This document shows, one piece after another, positions 1 to 10,666 of a DNA stretch of 64,000 nt (the first letter of the stretch is position 1; each line of letters starts with the position of its first letter). The notes under the pieces were generated by a model, which saw only the letters and a program-made list of their open reading frames with translations, had not been told where the DNA came from and searched no databases. Origin of the DNA: a virus; the IMG/VR virus record IMGVR_UViG_3300047373_000579, positions 8,625-72,624 of that record; one strand, 5' to 3'. The translations under genes and the position numbers were made by a program.

Positions 1-642
1 AACGTCTTCATAACCTGCTAACTTCATTCTTTCCTTATCACTCAACTCTCTTGTATAAACCTGAAATCCATAATGACAAGGTGGAAGAACCATTTGGTCT
101 AACTCACCTACATTCCAAGCGTTAACCATTAATCGTCTACTATCTGGATTTGTTTTAAGGTCGTTGATTAGATTTTGGATTTGGTCAATACCATTTCTAA
201 AATTACCGTGAATAAAATCATCTCCATTCCAATTTCTCCATTGACGACCATATACGGGACCTAATTCACCCCACTTCTTTGCAAACTCATCATCTGTTTT
301 GATACGATTGATGAATTCTTCTTTTGTTGATGTTGGTTTTAGATAATGTTTTTCTTTGAATCCACTCTGATATGCTTTATAAGCATCACCATCCCAAATA
401 TGACAATCATTGTCAACAAGGTATTTAATGTTTGTATCACCACGTAAGAACCATAACAATTCCGTTACAATTCCTTTCCAATACATTTTCTTTGTTGTTA
501 GTAAAGGAAAACCTTGGTTCATTTTGTGTCTGATTTGTCTCCCGAATACTGAAATTGTTCCTGTTCCTGTTCTATCCTCTTTCTCTTTTCCGTTGTCTAA
601 AACGTCTTTTAATAATCTTAAATAATCGTGTTCTATATTCAT
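1..642 (-). CDS. thyA: Thymidylate synthase, 3' end runs off the window
   Basis: Hand translation from the ATG at 642 gives [69 protein letters not shown]. It is missing from the ORF track because there is no stop in the window. Confidence 0.96.
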   Translation of the reverse strand, partial: MNIEHDYLRLLKDVLDNGKEKEDRTGTGTISVFGRQIRHKMNQGFPLLTTKKMYWKGIVTELLWFLRGDTNIKYLVDNDCHIWDGDAYKAYQSGFKEKHYLKPTSTKEEFINRIKTDDEFAKKWGELGPVYGRQWRNWNGDDFIHGNFRNGIDQIQNLINDLKTNPDSRRLMVNAWNVGELDQMVLPPCHYGFQVYTRELSDKERMKLAGYEDV

Positions 643-983
643 TTCCAAAACATTTGTATCATTAATATTGAAAAGGCTAGTAATAAAGTTACTAACGTTT
701 TTAAGTTAAGTCCTTGATTAAAAAAGTAACTAACCAACAACCCATAAATTATAATCCCTATAGCGAAACCAATAAATCTAGGTGGCCAAAATAAACCATC
801 AAAAGCACCCACACCCCATTTAGTTGCCCATATAAAAAGTATTGAAGCGGGAATACCAATTAAGGACACCAATAAAAGATTATCTTTCCAACCCTTCCAA
901 ATAAATTGACCGTTTAATTGGAACCATATCAAAATATGACCCAACAAGAAAAATAATGAACATATTAATAAATTCTTAACCAT
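639..983 (-). CDS. Small multi-pass membrane protein (about 4 TM helices, possibly SMR/DMT-like)
   Basis: 114 aa with four hydrophobic stretches; ATGA overlap with thyA. Confidence 0.7.
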   Translation of the reverse strand: MVKNLLICSLFFLLGHILIWFQLNGQFIWKGWKDNLLLVSLIGIPASILFIWATKWGVGAFDGLFWPPRFIGFAIGIIIYGLLVSYFFNQGLNLKTLVTLLLAFSILMIQMFWK

Positions 984-1084
984 CTACTTTTTTTGGTTTA
1001 CAGGGTTTATCACATTTATTACAGAAGTATACATTACCCATCCCTAAAAAATTAGGTGTGTATTGTACACTAGCCTGACAACAG

Positions 1085-1372
1085 TTACTTACTATTTCTT
1101 TTTCTTTTTTGGTTTCCATTAGCCCTTCTACTTAATTCGTTTTTTAATTTCCAGTAATTACTTTTTATAAATTCTTGGTTTTTTTCATTTTCTTCTTTAA
1201 CCATTACTCTAGTTGACGCAACCAAAATAGAACACACCACACCCATAATAATATTGTCGTAATTAATATCTTGGTTTAGTAAATAACATATAGGTACGTA
1301 TATGGATATAAAAAATATATAGACAACTATAAACTGTATTGTAAAATCTTTTATTTTGTTAAAGTATTTCAT
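1085..1372 (-). CDS. Hypothetical membrane protein (2 TM)
   Basis: Two hydrophobic segments and a basic tail; part of an overlapping minus-strand run. Confidence 0.65.
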   Translation of the reverse strand: MKYFNKIKDFTIQFIVVYIFFISIYVPICYLLNQDINYDNIIMGVVCSILVASTRVMVKEENEKNQEFIKSNYWKLKNELSRRANGNQKRKRNSK

Positions 1373-1604
1373 GTTTTTTTAATTTAAATTTTAATCTGAA
1401 TGCTTTTTGATTCATTATTTTATCGTAGTCTTCTCTGTAAAGTTCTACTGTTGTTCTATTACCACCTTGTTCAACAATAGTAACAAAACAATTTTTATCA
1501 GTCAAATAATTAATCTTTAAATCATACCACTTAAGTACACTTTCATAAGAAATCTCATCCCACCATAATTCATTTGGAAATCTAATTTTTATTATTCCAT
1601 CCAT
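1359..1604 (-). CDS. Hypothetical protein
   Basis: 81 aa ORF overlapping both neighbours in the same orientation. Confidence 0.6.
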   Translation of the reverse strand: MDGIIKIRFPNELWWDEISYESVLKWYDLKINYLTDKNCFVTIVEQGGNRTTVELYREDYDKIMNQKAFRLKFKLKKHEIL

Positions 1605-1800
1605 TTTTTAATTTCATTTTTTTACTAAAGATAATTTTTTTAAACATTTCACTAATTTCATCATGTTCGTCTATTTTATATTGTTGTTTAAACATGTTAA
1701 TATAACGTTCAGCGTATTTTAATTGTTCTAAAGTTTTACAACTATCTATTACAGACAAAGCTTTACTATAATCGGGTATCGGTGAGTCAAATAAGTCCAT
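1582..1800 (-). CDS. Hypothetical phage protein
   Basis: 72 aa (VIDSCKTLEQLKYAERY); ATATTTAT on the minus strand at 1817-1824. Confidence 0.65.
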   Translation of the reverse strand: MDLFDSPIPDYSKALSVIDSCKTLEQLKYAERYINMFKQQYKIDEHDEISEMFKKIIFSKKMKLKNGWNNKN

Positions 1801-1873
1801 TTATTTTAATGTTACTATAAATATAGAATATTATATTTACTATATCAACAGTGTTTGTTAATATTTATATTAA

Positions 1874-2191
1874 ATGGATAGTTTAGAGAAAACAGAAGAT
1901 AAGGTTAATTTTATGGTTGGGCTATTCAAATTTCACCAACCAACATTAACTATAGTTGAACAGGTTGCTTTGTTGACTGTGTGGGAAGAATCTTGTGTAT
2001 TACAAGAAGAATATGAAATAGCTGAAGCTTTATTAAATGAAATGTCCATAATACAAAATAACCCAAGTGAGGTACCACAAAAATCTGATTCAGATGTCAG
2101 TTATGATATTGTGGAAAAAAAAGTAATTAAAAAACCTTTTTATTTTAAATTTTTTAAATGGGTTAAAAGTTTGTTTAAAAATAAAGTTTAA
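1874..2191 (+). CDS. Hypothetical protein, possible UVR-like helix (EEYEIAEAL)
   Basis: 105 aa preceded by ATATTTAT at 1861-1868. Confidence 0.6.
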   Translation: MDSLEKTEDKVNFMVGLFKFHQPTLTIVEQVALLTVWEESCVLQEEYEIAEALLNEMSIIQNNPSEVPQKSDSDVSYDIVEKKVIKKPFYFKFFKWVKSLFKNKV

Positions 2192-3093
2192 CTTAAAATT
2201 AATTTATCATAACTTTTTTTATATTCTAACACAGCCAATTCTTTAGCTTTAGCCTCCATCATAATATCAATATCATGACCATAAGTGTTAACTTTTGTTC
2301 TGACATAATCATGGTGAGCTCTAAACATTTTTTCATCTCTTGGTTCTGATACGTGTACGGCTGGTGTAATATCTTTAGGCCATGTAGATATAGCCATTTC
2401 CAAAGCTTCTTGGTGAGACATACCATCAGGGTGACAAGTATGGTGATGATAATCAAAAACAATCGGTATCCCTGTATTTTCATGAATAAACATTAAGTCA
2501 CGTACAGTATATGCGGACTGCTTGTCATCATTCTCAACAGTTAAACGTGACTTCGTGTTTTTATCCAGTAACTTGAAGTTATCTACCCATCTTTGTAAAG
2601 CCGAACTTTTATCACCGTACACCCCACCAACATGTATATTTATTTTGTTGTATGGTGTAGTAGTAAGACCCATCATATCCATAATTTGGGATTGTTTGTT
2701 TAGGTCAGCAATTGTTTTTTTTACCACGTTTTCAGTTGGTGAAGCTAAAACATTGAAAGGTCCGGGATGAAAAGTAAGTCTTTGTCCGTATTTCTTAGCT
2801 AGATTACCAACGCCTAATAATAGGGTACATATTTTTTTATAATCAGGTAAGTCGGAAAAATCATACTCAGACATCCATGGAAACATGTCTGATGACATAC
2901 GGTAGAATTTAATATTGTTTTTTTCATTCCACTTAACGATGTGTATAAGGTCTCTAACGTTTTGTAAAACCAAACTAGAAACATAACGAATACCCTTGGT
3001 ATCAAAAGTTTTACGAATCATACCACGGTTGGTGGTAATTTTTGGTTTCTGAGAACCTAGGGTCATATTAATACAAGCATATCCAATATTCAT
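2188..3093 (-). CDS. uvsE: UV DNA damage repair endonuclease (UvsE/UVDE)
   Basis: Motifs IGYACIN, FYRMSS, RLTFHPG, NIHVGG, RLTVENDD, VFDYHHH, HVSE, AHHDY, MMEAKAKE. Confidence 0.95.
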   Translation of the reverse strand: MNIGYACINMTLGSQKPKITTNRGMIRKTFDTKGIRYVSSLVLQNVRDLIHIVKWNEKNNIKFYRMSSDMFPWMSEYDFSDLPDYKKICTLLLGVGNLAKKYGQRLTFHPGPFNVLASPTENVVKKTIADLNKQSQIMDMMGLTTTPYNKINIHVGGVYGDKSSALQRWVDNFKLLDKNTKSRLTVENDDKQSAYTVRDLMFIHENTGIPIVFDYHHHTCHPDGMSHQEALEMAISTWPKDITPAVHVSEPRDEKMFRAHHDYVRTKVNTYGHDIDIMMEAKAKELAVLEYKKSYDKLILS

Positions 3094-3097
3094 ACCA

Positions 3098-3129
3098 CAA
3101 ATATAACATTTATTTTGTGATTAAACAAG
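3098..3129 (-). promoter_or_regulatory. Bacteroidota sigmaA-type promoter for uvsE
   Basis: TATATTTG (TAnnTTTG) at 3105-3098 with TTG 20 nt upstream; only 4 nt from the ATG. Confidence 0.6.
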
Positions 3130-3151
3130 TTAAAATGATATTTATTAATAT

Positions 3152-3406
3152 ATGAGTGAGTTTTTAGATAAAATTAGTAAGGTTTATTTGATATTAAAAT
3201 CAATAAAAGATTCTAAATACAAATATATTGCCGTAATTAACCCTAAAAACAATGAAAAGATTATGAAAATAAAGATGAATTTAGAAGATAAAAGTTTAGT
3301 GGATTTTTTAGATACTTTTTTTGATGAAGGGTTTAAAATTGAGAGTATAGATAAAAAGGAATTTGATTCTTTATCCACAAAAGATGTTTTAAAATTCAAA
3401 ATATAA
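3152..3406 (+). CDS. Hypothetical protein
   Basis: 84 aa after ATATTTAT at 3138-3145. Confidence 0.65.
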   Translation: MSEFLDKISKVYLILKSIKDSKYKYIAVINPKNNEKIMKIKMNLEDKSLVDFLDTFFDEGFKIESIDKKEFDSLSTKDVLKFKI

Positions 3407-3418
3407 TAAATAATAAAA

Positions 3419-3820
3419 ATGAAAAAAAAAATGAAAAAAATTAAAAAAATTAGTTCTAACAATATAAAAGATATCGTTAAAGAACATTTTTTAGAAGATT
3501 CTTTATTACCTGAACATAAAATAGATACTATAATTAAAGAATACCTAAGTGAAAGAGAAGATTTTATTGATGATGATTCACCAATAAAAGATGAGTATGA
3601 GTTTAGTCCAAAAACTAGTGAGGCACTATCTGATATGGTAGATGGATTAAGTGAAATGCTTGACGACTTGGAGATAATTAAAGAGAAAGAGGGTAATGTT
3701 ATTGTTTATGATAATACCTATGCTGATGAGTATTTGGATGATATAATGAACAAATTAGAAGACTTAATGCATGATATTATGTTTTTAACTTCACTAAATT
3801 CCGATGAACAAATAGATTAA
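3419..3820 (+). CDS. Acidic protein with a basic leader (putative head-internal protein)
   Basis: N-terminus MKKIKKISSNNIKDIVKE resembles the shared leader; the body is acidic. Confidence 0.7.
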   Translation: MKKKMKKIKKISSNNIKDIVKEHFLEDSLLPEHKIDTIIKEYLSEREDFIDDDSPIKDEYEFSPKTSEALSDMVDGLSEMLDDLEIIKEKEGNVIVYDNTYADEYLDDIMNKLEDLMHDIMFLTSLNSDEQID

Positions 3821-3821
3821 T

Positions 3822-6536
3822 ATGGGTATTTATTCTAATTTAAGAAGAAATATAGTAGAAAGTGGTAGGGTTTATAAAATTAAAGACCTTTTTGGTGGTT
3901 TAATAAAAGAAAATCAAACAACTTTATTGGATGACCCAAAGTTTTACGACATTTCTACCAAAACATTAAAATTAGGTAATCTTTGTGCAAGAGATATTGA
4001 ACAAAATAAAACACCTAAAATTAATGTAGGGGGGCAGATGTACACCACTTACTGTGCTTTAGCTCATCTCACCTCAATCTTAGACCCTAATCTAGTAACA
4101 AAATTTCATTATAATATAGATAAAATTTATAATTTTTTAAGACGTGATTTAAAATACGACAATAGAGTTAAATTTCATAGTTTATTAAAAACTATTTTAG
4201 AATACGATGACCCCGCAAACACAATGAATATTATTGTTACTTTTATTGAGGGTGAAGATAATGTTGATGAGATTGCTGTCGCTTTAGATAGATTTAGAAA
4301 ATCAGAAGAAGTTACGGAATTAGAAATAGATGAGTTTTTACGAAGAGTTAAATCGGCTGGGCACCAAGAGTACGAAAAAAGTTTTTATGGTGACCATTTC
4401 CAAAAGTACCAAACTAGACTTTCTTTAAAATATAAAACTGAAAAAGAGAATTTAAGTATTTTAAAAAGAATAGAAGATGTGATAGATGGTAAATACACTG
4501 TTGGGGAAGCGGTTAATTCACTTTATAAAAATATAAATGAAAATTATTCAGCTCAAGAAATGATTAAAGCTGATTTAAAGTGTGTGAAAAGTGTTTATGA
4601 CAAAAATGGTGATGTTATCATAGAAAATGGTGAATTAATAGAAGTTAAAAAAATTGATTACGCAGCAGATAGTTATTTATCTGAATTTATGTCAATGTAT
4701 AAAAGTAGTCAATTACCAGATTACGCACATGAAACAAAATACCTAAAAACCTATAATCAAATAATAGATGGGTTATACCAAAAATTTGAGGGTAGGGGTG
4801 ATATATTGGAGGACGTAAAAAGTAATTTCGCTGGTATTATTTATGATGATAAAATTTTTATAGATAAGAAAGATGTTGAATTGTATTGGAGTAATAAAGG
4901 AAGGAGTAGTTGTTTAAAAGACCATAGATTAAGTATTAGATATAGAATTAAAAGTTCTAATTTAATGGGTTATGTTTATGAAGGTGGTGATGTTTTAACT
5001 GAAAAACCAATAAAAATAAACCTATCTACCGATAAAATTCTTTGCCCTATAACAAAACCAAGAAAAATAAAAGAATCTTATAACCTACAACAAATCTCCA
5101 ATTTATTATTAGAAGGTAGGAAAGAAGATATTCTTAAAAAATACGGGATAGACGAAGAAACCACAGATGCAATTAATTATTTTTCAGATAATGACCCATC
5201 TGGTAATAACAAATATTTAGAGTGGATGTTTAAAAATTGGTCAGGTCTAGGGAAAAATAGAGATTATGTACCATTAGACTATGAAGTCGTAGATGTTATA
5301 AAAACATTCCATGAAAATATACAAAGAATTAAAAATAAAGACATAAATTCTTATTCTTTCTTAGAACTTAAAAAAACAGTTAAAGAGGCAGAAGAAAAAA
5401 GAAAATTAGCTCAATTAAAAAAAGAAGCTAAAAAACAAAAAACTGTTATTTATGATGATGATAGGTGGTTAGTGGTTTCACCCCATTCTTGGAAAGCTTC
5501 TTGTTATTATGGTGCGGGAACCAAATGGTGTGTCACATCTAAAGATACAGCAAGTCATTGGAATAATTATTCAAAAAAAGCCACTTTCTTTTATATCATA
5601 GATAAAACCAAAACTAAAAAAGATAGGTATTACAAAGTTGCCTATAGACAATTAAAAAAGTCTAAGTTTGAGTTATGGGACGCTGAAGACATAGAATTTT
5701 CAAGTCGAAGGTTTGGTCGAGAATGGTTTAGTGAATTACCTGAAGAATTAAAAGAAAAAGCATTAATTTACCACAACGAAAAATTCCCAAAAATGGTCGG
5801 TGTACCAGAATGGGTAGATGATGACTATTCAGCCCAAGCTTTAGTTAATCATTTAAATACTGCAGATATAAGTCGAACAAATAGAGACCACTATGGTTTA
5901 GATGTTTATGAAGTAGATGGTGAGGACTGGTGTTCCGCGCAAGAAGATGATGTTGACGGGGCGGTAATGGAGTATTATACTAACTATAGTGACGAAGAAT
6001 TAATAGACTACTATGATGAGGAAGGTTATTATATTTACTTGGACGATGAAGAACAATATATAGAAAGTGAAGTATATTCTTATATTTCAGATTTAAGTGA
6101 AGAAGAAATTTTATCAATAACAGGTATAGATAGTGATATAGAAAGAATAGAGGAAAAGATAGAAGAATTACGTAATAAGTTAGAAAATACTGATGAAGAA
6201 GATGAAGATAGGGTTGAGGATTTAGAATCTGAAATAGAATCATATTTAGGTGAATTAGAACAAACACGTTATGAAGCTAAAACTACACTCGAAGATGATT
6301 ATAAAAACGATTGGGAAAGTTGTTTAGAAGATGGTGTGGTTAGTTGTTTAGTTTATGATAAAGGCTTTTATCGTAGTGCGAGTGATTTATATAGAGCAGG
6401 TTTTGTCTACCTTGAAAGGGAAGATTTAATAGACAGTTTAATTGGTTATAGTGATTATGAAATGTTAACTGATTATGGTTGGGAAGAAGAACAAGATGAC
6501 GATGGTGATGAGTTTATAGTATTTAGGGTGGATTAA
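3822..6536 (+). CDS. Multidomain protein: possible PD-(D/E)XK-like N-domain, a YGxGTKWC domain and an acidic C-domain
   Basis: 904 aa. KADLK..IEVKK lies in the N-terminal half; the middle is clearly paralogous to 46176..46916; the linker is IKES..LLLEG. Confidence 0.8.
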   Translation: MGIYSNLRRNIVESGRVYKIKDLFGGLIKENQTTLLDDPKFYDISTKTLKLGNLCARDIEQNKTPKINVGGQMYTTYCALAHLTSILDPNLVTKFHYNIDKIYNFLRRDLKYDNRVKFHSLLKTILEYDDPANTMNIIVTFIEGEDNVDEIAVALDRFRKSEEVTELEIDEFLRRVKSAGHQEYEKSFYGDHFQKYQTRLSLKYKTEKENLSILKRIEDVIDGKYTVGEAVNSLYKNINENYSAQEMIKADLKCVKSVYDKNGDVIIENGELIEVKKIDYAADSYLSEFMSMYKSSQLPDYAHETKYLKTYNQIIDGLYQKFEGRGDILEDVKSNFAGIIYDDKIFIDKKDVELYWSNKGRSSCLKDHRLSIRYRIKSSNLMGYVYEGGDVLTEKPIKINLSTDKILCPITKPRKIKESYNLQQISNLLLEGRKEDILKKYGIDEETTDAINYFSDNDPSGNNKYLEWMFKNWSGLGKNRDYVPLDYEVVDVIKTFHENIQRIKNKDINSYSFLELKKTVKEAEEKRKLAQLKKEAKKQKTVIYDDDRWLVVSPHSWKASCYYGAGTKWCVTSKDTASHWNNYSKKATFFYIIDKTKTKKDRYYKVAYRQLKKSKFELWDAEDIEFSSRRFGREWFSELPEELKEKALIYHNEKFPKMVGVPEWVDDDYSAQALVNHLNTADISRTNRDHYGLDVYEVDGEDWCSAQEDDVDGAVMEYYTNYSDEELIDYYDEEGYYIYLDDEEQYIESEVYSYISDLSEEEILSITGIDSDIERIEEKIEELRNKLENTDEEDEDRVEDLESEIESYLGELEQTRYEAKTTLEDDYKNDWESCLEDGVVSCLVYDKGFYRSASDLYRAGFVYLEREDLIDSLIGYSDYEMLTDYGWEEEQDDDGDEFIVFRVD

Positions 6537-6586
6537 TCAGTTTCTTTTTACCTTCTTTGATATTTATAATAAAAAAAGAATAAAAC

Positions 6587-9061
6587 ATGTCAATTCCATT
6601 AACATTAAGATTAGTAAAAGGTAGTAAATTAACTTTTGCTGAGTTAGACCAAAATTTTATTTCATTAAGAAATGCTATAAATACAGCAACTGGTTCAGAC
6701 ACATTTGTAACTGGGGGTACTTATAACCCGGCTACGGTAGAATTAAATTTTACTGGTAACGGTGGGTTTAATCCCTTTAATGTAGACGTTTCAAATTTAT
6801 TAGACACTTATGTAAGTGGTGGTGTTTATAACCCTACAACGGGTTGTGCTACTTTTACCACAACAAGTGGTTATACTTTTGATGTTTGTGGTTTCTTAAC
6901 AGGAGCTACAGGAACAGCGGAAGTTGTTTGGACAGGAGGTTCAGCCGGAAATTTCTCAGTAAGACAAATAACAGATACAACAACAGATGCGACAGGTAAT
7001 TATTCTGTCGCACAAGGATTTAACACCACAGCTAGTGGTGTAGGTTCCCACGCAGAAGGGTATCAAGCAACGGCTAGTGGTGATTATTCCCACGCAGAAG
7101 GCGGTTTTAGTGGTAAAGGTGGTGGTGGTAATACAGCTTTTGGTTTGGCGTCTCACGCTGAAGGAGCTAATACTATCGCTAGTGGAAGAACCTCACATAC
7201 AGAAGGGTTTAATACCATCGCTTTAGGTGCAAACGCTCACGCAGAAGGAGCAACAACAACCGCTAGTGGGTACGCTTCACACTCGGAAGGGTCTAATACA
7301 ATCGCAAGTGGTTTATTTTCTCACGCTGAAGGTAACCAAACTCAAGCAACAGGGACAACATCTCACGCAGAAGGTTATTTAACACAAGCTTTTGGTGATT
7401 ATTCCCATTCTGAAGGATTCGAAACACAATCTTTGGGTGATTATTCTCACGCAGAAGGATTGAGAACAACAGCAAGTGGTCGTTATTCTCACGCTGAAGG
7501 TATTGGGTTTACTGGAAAAGGTGGTTTTGCGAGTGGTATTGGTTCTCACTCAGAAGGTTATCTAACAAAAGCGATAGGAAACTATTCACACGCAGAAGGT
7601 GAGGATACAAGCGCTAGTGGGACTAATTCTCACGCCCAAGGTTGGGGTACAATAGCCAGTGGTATTGGTTCTCACTCAGAAGGTTACTTTACGACAGCTA
7701 GTGGTCGTTATTCTCACGCGGGTGGTGATAATTCTATTGTTTCTGGTGACACTTCTTTTATACATTCCACCGACTCATCTTTAACAGGTGATAGGAGTGT
7801 TTTATTAGGTGGTCGATTTTTAATAGGTACGGAAGATGATACAGTTTATGTTCCTTATCTTAATATAAACAATATTAACACGGGTACATCTATTAATAAC
7901 TTAGGTATTGATTCTAGTGGTAATGTTGTTGTAGGGACCACAGGAGCACCACAATTCACTGGAAACACATCCGCAACTTGTATAAACGAATTATGGGTAT
8001 CCAATATATCAGGGTGTAGTCCTGTAACAATAGGTACTGAGGTAGTAACCAATGGTCAAATAACAGCAAACAACGATATTAAATTACCAGACAATTCCCA
8101 AATAATGTTGGGTGACTCATCAGACTTTAGAATTTATCATGACGGTATTAATACTAGGGTAGGTGAGAGTGGTACAGGTAACTTACTTATTTCAGGTACA
8201 GAAATATGGTTATCTGATAGTACAACAGGAAAATCTTTTTTAAGAACTTATTCTTCCCAAGGTAAAGCAGAATTATTATGGAGTGGCTCCCCAAGACTTT
8301 ATACAAGTGCTGATGGAATAGTCATTCAAAATGAAGACTTATTAGTTGAAGATGGTAATGTTGGTGTTGGCACCCTGTCACCGTCATCTAGATTAGAGGT
8401 ATTAGGACTTACAGATAATTCAAGTGGAGATACTTTGGTTCTTAAAGGTTCGGGTGGTACTACAAATATGGTTGTCCAAGACGGGGGTTATGTTGGTATT
8501 GGTACATCTTCTCCGACAAAAACTTTAGATGTTGTAGGAGAAACAAGATTATCTGGAAGTGGACAAAATATATTAACAATAATCGGTTCAGGTGATACAC
8601 AACCTTTATTTACAGTACAAGGTTCTAGTGGTGAGTTATTTAGTATTACAGATAGTTTAACGGGTTCCTTATTCTCAGTTAATGATATTTCAGGGTTACC
8701 AATATTAGAAGTATTTGATGATGATACCGTACATATGGGTAGTTATCAAGCACCATCACTTAACACTACTGTGATTACAAATCCAGGTACTGGATTATCA
8801 ACAGTTTACTCATTACCTGTAAGTGCGTATACAGGGGCTTTCTTTGATTATACAGTTTCTAACACAACAGGGGCTAGAGCGGGTAATATAATGTCAATAT
8901 TTAGTGGTTCAACAGTTGAGTTTAATGAAACTACAACAAGTGATATTGGTTCGACCACCCCAATAACCTTTACTATGTCTTCTGATGGTTCTAATGCTAC
9001 TCTACAAGTGTCAGCTACTACCACAGGATGGGAAGTGAAGACGATTGTAAGAAGTATATAA
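6587..9061 (+). CDS. Fibre/adhesin-like virion protein with SHAEG repeats (YadA-head-like beta-roll)
   Basis: More than ten tandem ~14-aa TxASGxxSHAEG repeats; GNVGVGT and GYVGIGT fibre motifs; N-terminal KGSKLTFAELDQNF. Confidence 0.85.
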   Translation: MSIPLTLRLVKGSKLTFAELDQNFISLRNAINTATGSDTFVTGGTYNPATVELNFTGNGGFNPFNVDVSNLLDTYVSGGVYNPTTGCATFTTTSGYTFDVCGFLTGATGTAEVVWTGGSAGNFSVRQITDTTTDATGNYSVAQGFNTTASGVGSHAEGYQATASGDYSHAEGGFSGKGGGGNTAFGLASHAEGANTIASGRTSHTEGFNTIALGANAHAEGATTTASGYASHSEGSNTIASGLFSHAEGNQTQATGTTSHAEGYLTQAFGDYSHSEGFETQSLGDYSHAEGLRTTASGRYSHAEGIGFTGKGGFASGIGSHSEGYLTKAIGNYSHAEGEDTSASGTNSHAQGWGTIASGIGSHSEGYFTTASGRYSHAGGDNSIVSGDTSFIHSTDSSLTGDRSVLLGGRFLIGTEDDTVYVPYLNINNINTGTSINNLGIDSSGNVVVGTTGAPQFTGNTSATCINELWVSNISGCSPVTIGTEVVTNGQITANNDIKLPDNSQIMLGDSSDFRIYHDGINTRVGESGTGNLLISGTEIWLSDSTTGKSFLRTYSSQGKAELLWSGSPRLYTSADGIVIQNEDLLVEDGNVGVGTLSPSSRLEVLGLTDNSSGDTLVLKGSGGTTNMVVQDGGYVGIGTSSPTKTLDVVGETRLSGSGQNILTIIGSGDTQPLFTVQGSSGELFSITDSLTGSLFSVNDISGLPILEVFDDDTVHMGSYQAPSLNTTVITNPGTGLSTVYSLPVSAYTGAFFDYTVSNTTGARAGNIMSIFSGSTVEFNETTTSDIGSTTPITFTMSSDGSNATLQVSATTTGWEVKTIVRSI

Positions 9062-9062
9062 A

Positions 9063-10124
9063 ATGAGTTTTAATTATTCACCTAAAATAGTAACAGATGG
9101 TTTAGTGTTTTACACTGACCCATTTAACTTTAAATCTAGAGATAGGTCTGTAGGTTTAACTGGTGGTACTATTGTTGATTTAACTAGTTCTTATGGTTTC
9201 GAAGGTACTTTTACAAATGAACCTGATGTTTCTAATGATTATAAGTATATAAATTTTGATGGGACAGATGATTTCATTTTATTCCCATCTTCTTCCGCGG
9301 AGTCAATTCAAAAACAAATGCCATTTTATAGATACAAACCAAAAACTTTTACATTTTCAGCTTGGGTTAAATCAGGAACGACAGGTGGAGGTGGTGTTAT
9401 GTTTTTTGGTGGTGGTAACGATAGATTTCTAAAAATACCAGCATTGACTGCAACAACTTCTTATACTCCAGGAACTTATACAGGTGTCATTGGTGAAAAT
9501 TGGAGTGGGACAACTACAGGACAAACATCTTTAAATTTACCTTCTTTTGAGGTTACTATAGATTCGGGTGGTACAATAACAAAGGCAGTTGCAGAAACTA
9601 TTAACCCTATTGGTGGTGGTTCCGCACCAGGTAATGAACTAGTCATAGTAAAATTATCAGGTAATACTATTGGTGGTTCTACACCTGCAGATGACGCATA
9701 CTTATTTTGGAGAAGTGGTACATCTAGTCAAATGAGATGGGGTTTTGGGATAGGAAATAATTATGGAATGACAATTGGTGATAGTATTGATAGAGGAACT
9801 TTTACTACAGATAGAGTAAGTAACGAACCAAAAGAATGGAATTTAATTACTATCACAGATGTGGGAGAATTGGTTACTAATAATTTAAGTTGTTATGTTA
9901 ATGGTGAATTAGTTAATCAAGATACATCAACATTCCTAAATGGTTCACAAATGAATCCTGGAACTATAAACGCGGGACAAATAAATATTGGTAAGGGTGC
10001 AGCTTCTAGTTTCGGAACATTCTTAAATGGTTCTTTAGGTCCTTGTATGATGTATGATAGAGCATTAACACCTAATGAAGTATTACAAAATTACAACGCA
10101 TTAAAAAATAGATTTGAGATATGA
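9063..10124 (+). CDS. LamG/concanavalin A-like domain virion protein
   Basis: PKIVTDGLV..FDGTDD..FSAWVK..YVNG..YDRALTPNEVLQNYNALKNRF. Confidence 0.85.
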   Translation: MSFNYSPKIVTDGLVFYTDPFNFKSRDRSVGLTGGTIVDLTSSYGFEGTFTNEPDVSNDYKYINFDGTDDFILFPSSSAESIQKQMPFYRYKPKTFTFSAWVKSGTTGGGGVMFFGGGNDRFLKIPALTATTSYTPGTYTGVIGENWSGTTTGQTSLNLPSFEVTIDSGGTITKAVAETINPIGGGSAPGNELVIVKLSGNTIGGSTPADDAYLFWRSGTSSQMRWGFGIGNNYGMTIGDSIDRGTFTTDRVSNEPKEWNLITITDVGELVTNNLSCYVNGELVNQDTSTFLNGSQMNPGTINAGQINIGKGAASSFGTFLNGSLGPCMMYDRALTPNEVLQNYNALKNRFEI

Positions 10125-10402
10125 GTGGAACTGTAGGGGCAAAAACACAATTTTTTAGTTATAGGGTAGATTTACCTGGTACGGCTACAACATATATTAT
10201 AGAATGGCAAGATTCTGATGGTGTTAACCAAAAAATCACTTACGGTCCAAGAAAAACCCCAATTAGTTCCATTTTAAATTCCTGCGTCACATATGGTACT
10301 TTTATTATTAATGGTAGTCGAGTATTCGCAAGTGGTGAATCTTGTCCCGGTAATACCATATGTGTTGGAACCTCTTTAATAACAAATAATGGAAATTGTT
10401 AA
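10121..10402 (+). CDS. Small Cys-containing hypothetical protein (fibre-associated)
   Basis: 93 aa, ATGA-coupled to the LamG gene. Confidence 0.65.
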   Translation: MSGTVGAKTQFFSYRVDLPGTATTYIIEWQDSDGVNQKITYGPRKTPISSILNSCVTYGTFIINGSRVFASGESCPGNTICVGTSLITNNGNC

Positions 10403-10405
10403 ACT

Positions 10406-10666
10406 ATGTCACACACATTTGACCACAGAAATTTTATGATATTCAATGTATCCGAATTGGGTTCAGTGAATTTTAATGAAGTATTGGAAACTTCACAAGA
10501 TACGGTTAGAAAATCCGTTGATGAAACAAAAACATTTGTAAAATGGGAAGGAGAAACAACACCCACAAGTGTTGATTCATTAACAACTAAAGAAGGTCCT
10601 TACACATACAATGAAATACTAACAATATTGTCCACATCGGAGTGGAGAAATGAGGGGGTTGTATAA
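10406..10666 (+). CDS. Small phage protein next to LamG/fibre genes
   Basis: FNEVLETSQDTVRKSVDETKTFVKWEG..YTYNEILTIL..EW, a pattern I associate with fibre-linked phage proteins. Confidence 0.7.
   Translation: MSHTFDHRNFMIFNVSELGSVNFNEVLETSQDTVRKSVDETKTFVKWEGETTPTSVDSLTTKEGPYTYNEILTILSTSEWRNEGVV

Noticed and set aside
410-625. Plus-strand ORF, and the many other short antisense or alternate-frame ORFs in the track (e.g. 19262, 26384, 33182, 34042, 40886)
   Set aside because: They are shadows of well-supported genes such as thyA, clpC, portal and scaffold, with no independent signals.
7020-7725. Periodic tctcacgcagaagg repeats resembling a CRISPR array
   Set aside because: They are in-frame SHAEG protein repeats with synonymous variation; no cas genes are present.
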